NCBI GenBank assembly: GCA_965223415.1
Contig: OZ245002.1
Coordinates: 3,040,001 to 3,104,000 of the forward strand
Direction: 5' to 3'
Source of the DNA: Myxococcota bacterium
GTDB lineage: Bacteria; Myxococcota_A; UBA9160; UBA6930
DNA length: 64,000 nt
Below the pieces are notes generated by a model. It made no database searches. It had not been told where the DNA came from and worked only from the letters and a program-made list of their open reading frames with translations. Shown here piece by piece: positions 17,551-25,813 of the stretch; position 1 is the stretch's first letter, and every line of letters begins with the position of its first letter. The position numbers were made by a program, and so were the translations under genes.

Positions 17551-18987
17551 GTGAGCCCCGCCGAGCCGGGCTGGCTCTCGACGCTCCCGGCCCTCGTCAC
17601 GATCGGGCTGGCGTTCGCGACTCGCAGGGTGATCGTGGCCCTCCTCGCCGGCGTCGTCACCGGGAGCGTCGTCCTGCTGCTCACCGGGGACGGCCCTGCC
17701 GAGGCCAATCCGATCTCCCGGTTCCTCCTGCCCGCCCTCGCCTCGCCGAGCTTCGCGCAGGTTCTGCTGATCTACCTCGGCTGCCTCGGCGGGCTGATCG
17801 GCCTGTGGGAGAGGACGGGCGGGGCCCGGCACTTCGCCCTGGTGCTGGGCGGCCGGGTCGCGCGGGGCCCGCGTTCGAGCCTGCTCTACGGGTGGATGCT
17901 CGGATGCGTCTTCCACCAGGGAGGCACCGTCAGCACCGTGCTGGCCGGAACGAGCGTTCGGCCCGTCACCGATCGCCACCGGGTGAGCCACGAGGAGCTC
18001 GCCTACGTGGTGGACTCGACGGCCTCGCCGGTCGCGACCGTGCTGGCCTTCAACGTCTGGCCCGCCTACGTCGCCGGCCTCGTTGCCGGAACGGTGCCGC
18101 TCCTCTCCGATGCGGCTGCCGGCGAGGCGTTCTTCTGGCGATCGGTTCCCTACAACTTCTACGGCGCGTTCGCGGTGCTGTGCACGCTGCTCTTCTCCCT
18201 CGGCATGCTCCCCTGGATCGGCGCCCGAATGGTCGCCGCCCGGAAGCGCGCCCGGGAGGAGGGGGCCCTCGACGCGCAGGGCGCCCAGCCGATCTTGTCG
18301 GCGATCGCGACCTCCGCACCGGCGGCCGCTGGCGGCTACCGGCCGAGCCTGCTCGACTTCGTCCTGCCCGTCGGCACCCTGATCAGCGTGGCCGTGCTCC
18401 CGACCCTGGTGCTGGGCCGCAGCTTCGCCAACGAGGCCTTCGTCGCAGCACTGCTCTCCGCCGTCGCGGTCGCGTTCGTGAGAGGCCTGCCGGCCCGGGA
18501 GATCGGAGCGGGGATCCTCGGCGGTTTCCGCGGCATGAGCCTCGGCGTCGCCGTCCTGGCGCTCGCGATCACGCTGGGTGACGTGTCGAAGGAGCTCGGC
18601 ACCGCCCACTTCATCGTGGGCAGTCTGGGCGAGGCCGTATCGGCCGCCGCACTGCCCGGCCTGCTCACCGCGCTGTGCATGGTCATCGCATTCTCCACCG
18701 GAACCTCCTGGGGCACCTACGCGGTGGTGTTCCCGTTGGCGATGCCGCTCGCCTGGGCGGTCCACCCCGATGCGGCCTACCTGCAGGTGTGCTTCGGCGC
18801 AGTGCTGGGCGGCGCGGTGTTCGGCGACCAGTGCTCGCCCATCTCCGATACCACCATCCTCACCAGCATGTTCACCGGATGCGACCTTCTCGACCACGTA
18901 CGCACCCAGCTCCCGCTGGCCCTTGCCGTGGGGTCCGTGGCCGCCGCCTGCTCCACGCTCGCCGCGATCTGGCAGAGCTCAGCGTGA
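17551..18987 (+). CDS. Na+/H+ antiporter NhaC-family transporter
   Basis: Multi-TM; LAYVVDSTASP, FSTGTSWGT, GAVFGDQCSPISDTTIL, DHVRTQLP. Confidence 0.9.
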   Translation: MSPAEPGWLSTLPALVTIGLAFATRRVIVALLAGVVTGSVVLLLTGDGPAEANPISRFLLPALASPSFAQVLLIYLGCLGGLIGLWERTGGARHFALVLGGRVARGPRSSLLYGWMLGCVFHQGGTVSTVLAGTSVRPVTDRHRVSHEELAYVVDSTASPVATVLAFNVWPAYVAGLVAGTVPLLSDAAAGEAFFWRSVPYNFYGAFAVLCTLLFSLGMLPWIGARMVAARKRAREEGALDAQGAQPILSAIATSAPAAAGGYRPSLLDFVLPVGTLISVAVLPTLVLGRSFANEAFVAALLSAVAVAFVRGLPAREIGAGILGGFRGMSLGVAVLALAITLGDVSKELGTAHFIVGSLGEAVSAAALPGLLTALCMVIAFSTGTSWGTYAVVFPLAMPLAWAVHPDAAYLQVCFGAVLGGAVFGDQCSPISDTTILTSMFTGCDLLDHVRTQLPLALAVGSVAAACSTLAAIWQSSA

Positions 18988-19000
18988 GACCGCAGCGACG

Positions 19001-19228
19001 ATGGCCCGGAGGGCCGCGTTGCGTTCGCGCCGGCACGGGACCTCTCCGGCTCGCGTCGTGGAGCGCCTGCGGATGGACGAGGCCTGCCGACTCCTGGCCG
19101 AGAACCCGCACCCGATCGAGGTGATTGCCGACCAGGTGGGTTACGCGAGCCCCTTCTCGTTCTCCGCCGCCTTCAAGCGGGTCGTCGGAGAGCCGCCTTC
19201 CCGGTACCGGGCCCGGGGTGCATCTTGA
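19001..19228 (+). pseudogene. C-terminal fragment of an AraC-family regulator
   Basis: GTSPARVVERLRMDEACRLL...IEVIADQVGYASPFSFSAAFKRVVGEPPSRYR: second HTH only, no ligand domain or first HTH. Confidence 0.7.
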
Positions 19229-19243
19229 GCCCGCCTTCCGGGA

Positions 19244-19624
19244 TCAGCCGGGGGAGGTGTGCCGGAGGTGCTCGCGGGAGAGGTCCAGCAGCATCTGCAC
19301 GTGGGCGTCGTCCAGGCTGTAGTGCACCCTGCGGCCGGCCCGTCGCGCCCTGACCACGCCGGCCGTTCGCAGCAGCCGGAGCGCGTGGGAGACGTTCGTT
19401 TCCGGCGTCCCGGTGGAGGCCGCCAGGTCGCAGACGCAGAGCTCGCCCGCCTCGAGGAGGGCGTAGAGCAGGCGCGCGCGGGTGGCGTCGCCCAGCAGCC
19501 GGAAGAGCTGGGTGAGCTCATCGAGCTCGTCGTCCGGGAGGAGTCGGGCTCGTGTGGCCTCGACACGCTCCTTGTCGACCACCGTGGTGGAGCAGGCATC
19601 GGGGGCGGGGGCTTTCCTGGGCAT
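19244..19624 (-). CDS. ArsR/SmtB metalloregulator (SmtB/ZiaR/CadC type)
   Basis: N-terminal Cys, ELCVCDLA box, VSHALRLLR, alpha5-type DDAHV...REH site. Confidence 0.9.
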   Translation of the reverse strand: MPRKAPAPDACSTTVVDKERVEATRARLLPDDELDELTQLFRLLGDATRARLLYALLEAGELCVCDLAASTGTPETNVSHALRLLRTAGVVRARRAGRRVHYSLDDAHVQMLLDLSREHLRHTSPG

Positions 19625-19637
19625 GGCCGAACCTCGC

Positions 19638-19661
19638 ATACCTGAATAGCCGATCAGGTAT
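19638..19661. promoter_or_regulatory. ArsR/SmtB autoregulatory operator
   Basis: ATACCTGA-N8-TCAGGTAT perfect 8-bp inverted repeat directly upstream of the ArsR gene. Confidence 0.75.
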
Positions 19662-19688
19662 CGATTCGTGAGGCCCGCCGGCCGGGCC

Positions 19689-19724
19689 GCACGGTCCGCC
19701 CCCCCGCCGGGGGGCGGACCGTGC
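19689..19724. terminator. Strong GC hairpin downstream of the large secreted-protein gene
   Basis: GCACGGTCCGCCCCCC / GGGGGGCGGACCGTGC 16-bp stem. Confidence 0.6.
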
Positions 19725-19735
19725 CGAGCCGAGCC

Positions 19736-22700
19736 TCAGGCCCGCCGGCGCCGGCGCAGGAAGCCGAGGAGCGGCACGAGCAGCGCCAGCTCCGGGCCGA
19801 AGCCGCAGAGCGGAGGCGAGGAAGCCGCCTCGGTCGCCTTCCACGCCGTGGTGCACTGGGGATCCGGGCCATTGGGATCGCCATTGCCCGGGCCCAGAAC
19901 CGACACGCCGCCGTCGAAGTCCGTGCCGAGCTGGCCGTCGTTGTCCTTGCCGTCCTGGCAGGCCGGGGCCTCCTCGTCCGCGTCCGGGAGCCAGCAACCC
20001 GGGTCGTTGGCATCGTCGATCATGCCGTCGCCGTCGTTGTCGACGCCGTCGTCGCAGGCCGGGTTCTCGACGTTGGGGGTGGCGCCGTTCGCGCAGCCCG
20101 GGTCGACCGCGTCGACCAGGCCGTCGCCGTCGTTGTCGATGAAGTCGCCGCACGCGCCCGTGACGCTGCCCGCGTTGGCCGGATCGGTGCCCGCGTCGAG
20201 CTCGTCCCGGTCGAACACGCCGTCCTCGTCCGCGTCGATACCGACCCGGTCGCCGGAGCCCGGCGGCACGCAGGTGTAGGTGATCTCCTGGCCCGCGGTC
20301 TGGGCGATGAGCCGCAGCTGGGCGTCGGTGTGGGTCTCGGAGCTGCGGTCGCTCTGGAAGTGCGAGAGCCCCGGCCGGTAGACCCAGCCCCTCGCCTCTC
20401 CGTTCACCACGCCCTTCGCCACCAGGTCGCACTCGGTGACCGTGCCGCCGAGGACCTTCGAATCGAAGGCGGTCCCGGCCTGGGCGACCAGGAGCGTGAT
20501 GCGGCCGTTCGTGTCCGCGTCGCCGGCGCCCGCCAGGGTCACCTGCTGTCCGACGATGGGCGCCAGGTCCGAGGGGAACTGCAGGCTGAACTGCTCGAGG
20601 TCGTCCTCTTCCTGGGGGGTCAGGTTGAAGACGCTGCCCGGGTTCCCGCCGCCGAGGAAGGTCTTCACCGTGTCGACGCTGCCGTCGTGGAGGAATCCGG
20701 TGCCCCGCACCTGATCCCCGGTGAAGCTTCCCAGGGCCGAGGCCCCGAACATGCCGACCTTCTGATACATGTTGCGCATGTGGGCGACCTTGAAGTTCTG
20801 GGGCTCGCCCTCGAAGGTCATTTCGCCCCCCGTCCCGAAGAAGCCGTCCACCGGGTCGAGGTTGTGGCAGCCGTCGCAGTCATCGACGGTGTCGCTCGAG
20901 TTGGGGACCGTCCCCCCGTTGACGAAGATCTGGTCGTGGGCGCACTCCGCGTTCCCGGCACCGCAGCTGAAGAACTTGGTCTCGCCAGCCAGGGCGGCGC
21001 CCGTGTAGACGTTGTCCAGGGGAGCGACCGGGTTGGGCGGCAGCTGCACCTGGAGCATGAAGTCCGAGAACTTCTGCATGTCCGTGGTCGAGATCAGGCC
21101 GTCGTGGCCGACCAGGCCCTCGAAGGCGACGATGAAGTTCCGGAAGGAGAGGTCCTCGTCACACGGAGCCGTCGTGCTCTGGTTCGTGGGATCGCCGCTG
21201 CTCACGTTCACGTAGCCCGTCGCGTTGCAGCCATCGAGGCCGAAGAAGCCGTCGACCCGGTCGCCCCGCCAGTGCATGGCCCCGTGGGTGGACATGCCGC
21301 GGAGCGTCTGGGTCGTCATCGGGCCCTTCATCGGATGGAGGCTGAACTGGTCGTACCCGCTGGGAATGATCGTCTGCGTGACCAAGAAGCCCAGGGAATC
21401 AGCCGGGTCGAGGAGCGGCGTGGCGATCGGCTGCGAGTTCGTCGAGACGTGGTCGTCCGGATTGCCCAGGTTCCAGGCCAGGCTGTCGAAATCGCCGAAG
21501 ATGTGGCAGCTCGAGCAGGAGGCCTCGCCATTGCCCGAGGTGAGCACGGCGTCGTAGAGGACGGGGCGCCCGTCCTTGAGCGACTCCGGCTCCGGGTTCA
21601 GGAGCGGGAGCCGGTAGGTCTCCGTGCCCGCGGTGGTGTCCACCACGGCGACGGAGTTGTCGAAGCGGGTCGTCACGTAGAGCCGGCCGCGGGCCTCGTC
21701 GAGGGCCAGGCCGCTCGGGCCGCCGGCCACGTCGATGTAGTTGGCGCTCTCGGTCGTCGGGTCGAAGTTCGCCTCGAAGAGCGGATCCTCGATGTCTGCC
21801 GTCGCGAAGACACCGACCTTGCCCGACCCGAAGGCCGCCACATAGAGGGTGGCACCGGCCGAGTCGACCACCGCCTGCAGGGGCGTGGCCAGGCTGTGGT
21901 CCTTCTGGGTCGGGTCCACGAGGTCCGGCACGTCGGTGTGGAGCCTCGAGTAGTCGATGTGCTGGTTCAGGTGCTGCGGGTCGACGGAGGGGCCCGTGGG
22001 GTCGAGGACGCTGATGCGCGTCTCCGACAGACGGCCCTGGACGGTGCTGCCGCCGTGGCCGCCCGGGCCCTCGAAGCGCACGTGGTTCGGGCTCTCGGTG
22101 TTCGTCACGTACACCTTGCCCGTCACCGGGTTCACGACCATGTTGAAGAGGATCGTGCCCACGTGGTCGAACTCGACCACGCTTCCGCTGGCGAGCGTGT
22201 TGGCGTTGATCGAGAACACGTCGTGGTCGGGCAGGCTCAGATTGACGCAGCCCGTCCAGTCGCGACCCACGGCGTCCCGCCAGGCGGCGCCGTCCCACTT
22301 CACGATGATGCCGGTCTCGGGCGCCGGGTCGCCGGCTGCGTTGTCGTCGGGGCCGGGGACACCGCCCGGCGCGGTTCCGCCGCCCGGGCACGACGCGGTG
22401 CCGGCGCTGTCGAAGCCGTCGGGGACGACGCTCTCGAAGATCGTCGTGGTCTGGTTGCCCGAGTGGAAGGCCGCGGCGTAGACCGTGTTCCCGTCGGCGC
22501 TCACGGCGAGGGCGCGCGGCGTATCGGCGAAGAAGCTCACGATCTCGAGCGGATCGCCGCCGATCGAGCTGCCCGGCGCGGTCGCCGAGAACACCCAGAC
22601 GTCCGCCCGGCCGATGCCCTCGGTCGTGAGCTGGGCATCGCCTGCGCCGGGCACGCTGTTGATGGAGCTGTGGGTCCGGTGCTGGCCCCGGTGCGCCGTC

Positions 22701-23110
22701 GTGATGAACGCGCGGCCCGCTCCGGTGCCGGCGAACACGATGTCCCGGGGCTCGTCGCCCACCAGCAGGGTTCGGACGACCCGGCCGCTCGGGACGTCCA
22801 CGATGCTCACGCTGTCCGAGAGATGGTTCACCACCCAGACCTCGTCGTTCGTCCGCGCTGCGACCGCCACGGGCTCGAGGCCCACCGGCACGGAGCCGGT
22901 CGGGTGGATGCCGTCGTCGTCCACGTCGAAGATTTCGAGCCGGTTGGCCGGCGTGTTCGCGACGAACAGGCGCGCGCCGTCCGGCGAGAGGGCGATCGGC
23001 CGGACCGGGCCCGACTCGAACGCGACGAAGGAGGGCTGGGCCCCGGCCGACCCGCCCACGAGGACGAGGCAGGCCAGGAGCGCGGCGAAGACGGAGGTGG
23101 AGCGGAGCAT
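19736..23110 (-). CDS. Secreted YVTN-type beta-propeller + di-heme c (cytochrome c peroxidase-like) protein with C-terminal anchor
   Basis: Signal peptide, YVTN-like repeats (LFVANT, VWVVNHLSDSVS, VYVTN), CSSCH and CDGCH, three C-x-D-x-x-D-N-D-G repeats, CGFGPEL-TM-RRRRR tail. Confidence 0.85.
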   Translation of the reverse strand: MLRSTSVFAALLACLVLVGGSAGAQPSFVAFESGPVRPIALSPDGARLFVANTPANRLEIFDVDDDGIHPTGSVPVGLEPVAVAARTNDEVWVVNHLSDSVSIVDVPSGRVVRTLLVGDEPRDIVFAGTGAGRAFITTAHRGQHRTHSSINSVPGAGDAQLTTEGIGRADVWVFSATAPGSSIGGDPLEIVSFFADTPRALAVSADGNTVYAAAFHSGNQTTTIFESVVPDGFDSAGTASCPGGGTAPGGVPGPDDNAAGDPAPETGIIVKWDGAAWRDAVGRDWTGCVNLSLPDHDVFSINANTLASGSVVEFDHVGTILFNMVVNPVTGKVYVTNTESPNHVRFEGPGGHGGSTVQGRLSETRISVLDPTGPSVDPQHLNQHIDYSRLHTDVPDLVDPTQKDHSLATPLQAVVDSAGATLYVAAFGSGKVGVFATADIEDPLFEANFDPTTESANYIDVAGGPSGLALDEARGRLYVTTRFDNSVAVVDTTAGTETYRLPLLNPEPESLKDGRPVLYDAVLTSGNGEASCSSCHIFGDFDSLAWNLGNPDDHVSTNSQPIATPLLDPADSLGFLVTQTIIPSGYDQFSLHPMKGPMTTQTLRGMSTHGAMHWRGDRVDGFFGLDGCNATGYVNVSSGDPTNQSTTAPCDEDLSFRNFIVAFEGLVGHDGLISTTDMQKFSDFMLQVQLPPNPVAPLDNVYTGAALAGETKFFSCGAGNAECAHDQIFVNGGTVPNSSDTVDDCDGCHNLDPVDGFFGTGGEMTFEGEPQNFKVAHMRNMYQKVGMFGASALGSFTGDQVRGTGFLHDGSVDTVKTFLGGGNPGSVFNLTPQEEDDLEQFSLQFPSDLAPIVGQQVTLAGAGDADTNGRITLLVAQAGTAFDSKVLGGTVTECDLVAKGVVNGEARGWVYRPGLSHFQSDRSSETHTDAQLRLIAQTAGQEITYTCVPPGSGDRVGIDADEDGVFDRDELDAGTDPANAGSVTGACGDFIDNDGDGLVDAVDPGCANGATPNVENPACDDGVDNDGDGMIDDANDPGCWLPDADEEAPACQDGKDNDGQLGTDFDGGVSVLGPGNGDPNGPDPQCTTAWKATEAASSPPLCGFGPELALLVPLLGFLRRRRRA

Positions 23111-23258
23111 GCAAGTCACGGCGGACCTTCCCGAAAATGAAGGGAACATGAGTAGGAGCGAGCCTCAAGAGGGCCGGCCCGAAGCTCGCTCGCGAACACG
23201 CCATCCTCTCACAGATGGGGGGATGAGTCCAACCCGGCTCACCACGAGCCGATTCGGG

Positions 23259-23918
23259 CTAGGCCCCCGCGCCGTTCCGCGTCACCGACGCTCGGGAGAG
23301 CACGCACCAGCTCCCCCAGCCCGCCTCGGCCGTCCTTCCTTCCCAATGGCCGGGCAGGACCGCGGCCACGTCCTCGGCGGGGAGGTAGATCGGCGTGCGG
23401 TCGCCGTTCGAGCTGACCCACACGAGCGCGCCGTCAGGCGCGAGGACCCGGTCGATCTCCGAGGGAAAGAGCAGCGCGTTCTCGAGCACGATCGACCGCG
23501 CAGCACCATCCGCCAACGGCAGTGCCGCGCCGTCCGCGCAGACGCGGTAGCCGGCGTCGGCGGGCGCCCTGCGCAGCATCTCCATCGACAGATCGATCGC
23601 CACCACCGAGCCGAAGCGCTCTCGCAGGTGCCGTGTTCCGAAACCCGTTCCCGATCCCACCTCGACGCAGACGCCGTCGGGCACGGCTCCCCGCTCGAGA
23701 GCGTCCTTCAGCGGCTCCGTGCGGGTCTCGTTCCGGCGGGTGTGCCACTCGGACGCGAGGCCGTCGAAGAGCTCCGCGACACGGGCGGCGCGCTCGGGGG
23801 TCCAGGAGGCGGGGTCGAAGGCAGCCTGCCGCGTGACCTCGCGGATCCGCATCGCGGCTTCGGGCATCGTCGGGCGTTCCGGTGCCTCGGGATGGGTGCG
23901 CGGCAGGTTCTCGATCAT
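23259..23918 (-). CDS. Class I SAM-dependent methyltransferase
   Basis: VEVGSGTG, AIDLSMEML, ADGAALPLAD, RVLAPDG. Confidence 0.85.
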   Translation of the reverse strand: MIENLPRTHPEAPERPTMPEAAMRIREVTRQAAFDPASWTPERAARVAELFDGLASEWHTRRNETRTEPLKDALERGAVPDGVCVEVGSGTGFGTRHLRERFGSVVAIDLSMEMLRRAPADAGYRVCADGAALPLADGAARSIVLENALLFPSEIDRVLAPDGALVWVSSNGDRTPIYLPAEDVAAVLPGHWEGRTAEAGWGSWCVLSRASVTRNGAGA

Positions 23919-23971
23919 GGGGCGAGTATCGCACTCCCCGGGGCGGCGACCGGCGTACACTTCCGGCGTTC

Positions 23972-24670
23972 ATGACGCCCTCTCGCGCCGACGGGCGAAG
24001 CGCATCGGTCCGTTTGCGGAGTGTCCTCCGCCTGCTCGTCCTGCTGGCGCTCCACGGCGGCATCCTCCTCGCCGCCGGCGGCGACGCGCGCTGGCCGGCG
24101 GCCTGGGTCTACCTGGGCGTCTGGGGGCTCGGCGCAGGCCTCTCGGTCCTGGCGCTGAGCCCGGAGCTCCTCGAGGAGCGCAGCGGCCTGGGGGAAGGCG
24201 CGAAGCGCTGGGACATTCCCCTGGCCGTTGGCATGGCCCACGGCCCGGTGCTCATCCTGCTCGTGGCGGGCCTCGACCACCGGCACGGATGGCCGCCCTC
24301 CCCGGGGCCGCCCGCCGTGGTGGCAGGTCTGGTCGCCGTCCTCGGCGGACAGGGCCTGACCTTCTGGGCGATGAAGACGAACGCGTTCTTCGCGCCCGTT
24401 TGCCGGATCCAGACCGAGCGCGGCCATCGCGTCGTTCTCGACGGGCCGTACCGGTTCGTGCGGCACCCCGGCTACGCCGGCGCGATCCTCTTCTACCTGG
24501 GCGCCGCGCTCCTTCTCGAATCGGTGTGGGCGCTCGGCGCCAGCGGGTGCGTCGCGATCGCCACCGTGGCTCGGACGGCTCGCGAGGACCGGACCCTCGC
24601 GACGGAGCTGCCGGGCTACGGGGCCTACCGCGCCCGGGTGGGATCCCGCCTGATCCCGGGCGTCTGGTAG
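23972..24670 (+). CDS. Isoprenylcysteine carboxyl methyltransferase-family membrane protein
   Basis: NAFFAPVCRIQTERGHRVVLDGPYRFVRHPGY, EDRTLATELPGY, RLIPGVW. Confidence 0.88.
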   Translation: MTPSRADGRSASVRLRSVLRLLVLLALHGGILLAAGGDARWPAAWVYLGVWGLGAGLSVLALSPELLEERSGLGEGAKRWDIPLAVGMAHGPVLILLVAGLDHRHGWPPSPGPPAVVAGLVAVLGGQGLTFWAMKTNAFFAPVCRIQTERGHRVVLDGPYRFVRHPGYAGAILFYLGAALLLESVWALGASGCVAIATVARTAREDRTLATELPGYGAYRARVGSRLIPGVW

Positions 24671-24688
24671 CGCGCGGCCGCCGCTCGG

Positions 24689-24719
24689 CACGGCCCCGGG
24701 CACCGCGCCCGGGGCCGTG
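24689..24719. terminator. GC hairpin after the ICMT-family gene
   Basis: CACGGCCCCGGGC / GCCCGGGGCCGTG 13-bp stem, 5-nt loop. Confidence 0.55.
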
Positions 24720-24827
24720 TGGGGGCGATGGTGGCGGGTCGGGTCTCGCCCCCGAGCGAGGCCCACCTTGGATTGCGGTTGGCATGAAGTCAAATGATGA
24801 TTTAGACAGTTCGCATGAGAAAAGAGA

Positions 24828-25763
24828 ATGGTTTTGAACACGACCCACCAGATCGACCTGCGTCGAATGCGCACCGTGGTCGAGGTGGCGCGGGCCGAGG
24901 CCATCACGACGGCGGCGGAGACCCTGGGTCTCACCCAATCCGCAGTCTCCCGAACCGTCGCGGAGGTGGAGGATGCCCTGGGCGTGCGCCTCTTCGAGCG
25001 CCTGCCTCGGGGCATCCGGCCGACGGACGCGGGCCAGCGGTTCGTCGCCCGCGCCCGGCGTTTGCTGACCGACGCCGACGATCTCGTCTCGGAGGTCCGG
25101 GCGACGCCCACCCTCGTGACCGGCCGACTGCGCATCGGTCTGACCTCCGCGGGGAGTCAGGCCACGCGCCCCCTGGCCCGCCTCGCCGCCGGCTACCCGG
25201 GCGTCGCCATCGAAACCGTGAACGGCACGGCCGAGACGCTCTGCCCCCGCGTCCTCCAGGGCGAGCTGGATCTCGTCGTCGGCCCGTCGAGCTATCTCCG
25301 GCGCTGGCGCGAGCTCGAGGTGACACGCCTGGCCCGCATGTACTTCGGCTGCGTGTTCCGCAAGGGCCATCCCCTCGCCGGCGCGGAGAGGCCCAGCGAG
25401 GAGGAGGTGCTCGGCTACCCCGTCATCCTGCCGGAGAGTGTGGAGCCGACCTACTCGGATATCGGCCAGCGCTACCTGCACCACGGCCTCCCGCCGCTGC
25501 AGCCCCGCTACGTCACCGACGATTTCGACCTGGCCCTGCGCATCGTCTACCGGACGGACGCGTTCTATCCACTCATGATCCCCAGCGATTCCTTCGAGGA
25601 GCTGGAGCGCAACTTCTTCGTGCTGCGCGACGGCGTGGAGATGCCGCTCCGCTACCTGAGCTACGCACGGGCAGCCCACCGGCCGCGCACCGCCCTCGTG
25701 GAAGCCTTCGAGGCCCTGCTCGTCGAGCATCTGCACCACGCGGAGGAACCGGCCCGGATCTGA
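24828..25763 (+). CDS. LysR-family transcriptional regulator
   Basis: ITTAAETLGLTQSAVSRTVAEVEDALGVRLFER HTH plus substrate-binding domain. Confidence 0.92.
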   Translation: MVLNTTHQIDLRRMRTVVEVARAEAITTAAETLGLTQSAVSRTVAEVEDALGVRLFERLPRGIRPTDAGQRFVARARRLLTDADDLVSEVRATPTLVTGRLRIGLTSAGSQATRPLARLAAGYPGVAIETVNGTAETLCPRVLQGELDLVVGPSSYLRRWRELEVTRLARMYFGCVFRKGHPLAGAERPSEEEVLGYPVILPESVEPTYSDIGQRYLHHGLPPLQPRYVTDDFDLALRIVYRTDAFYPLMIPSDSFEELERNFFVLRDGVEMPLRYLSYARAAHRPRTALVEAFEALLVEHLHHAEEPARI

Positions 25764-25813
25764 GCCGACGCCGGGAGCGGAGGGAAGCGGGATGCCTGCC
25801 GTCAGGCCGCCCT

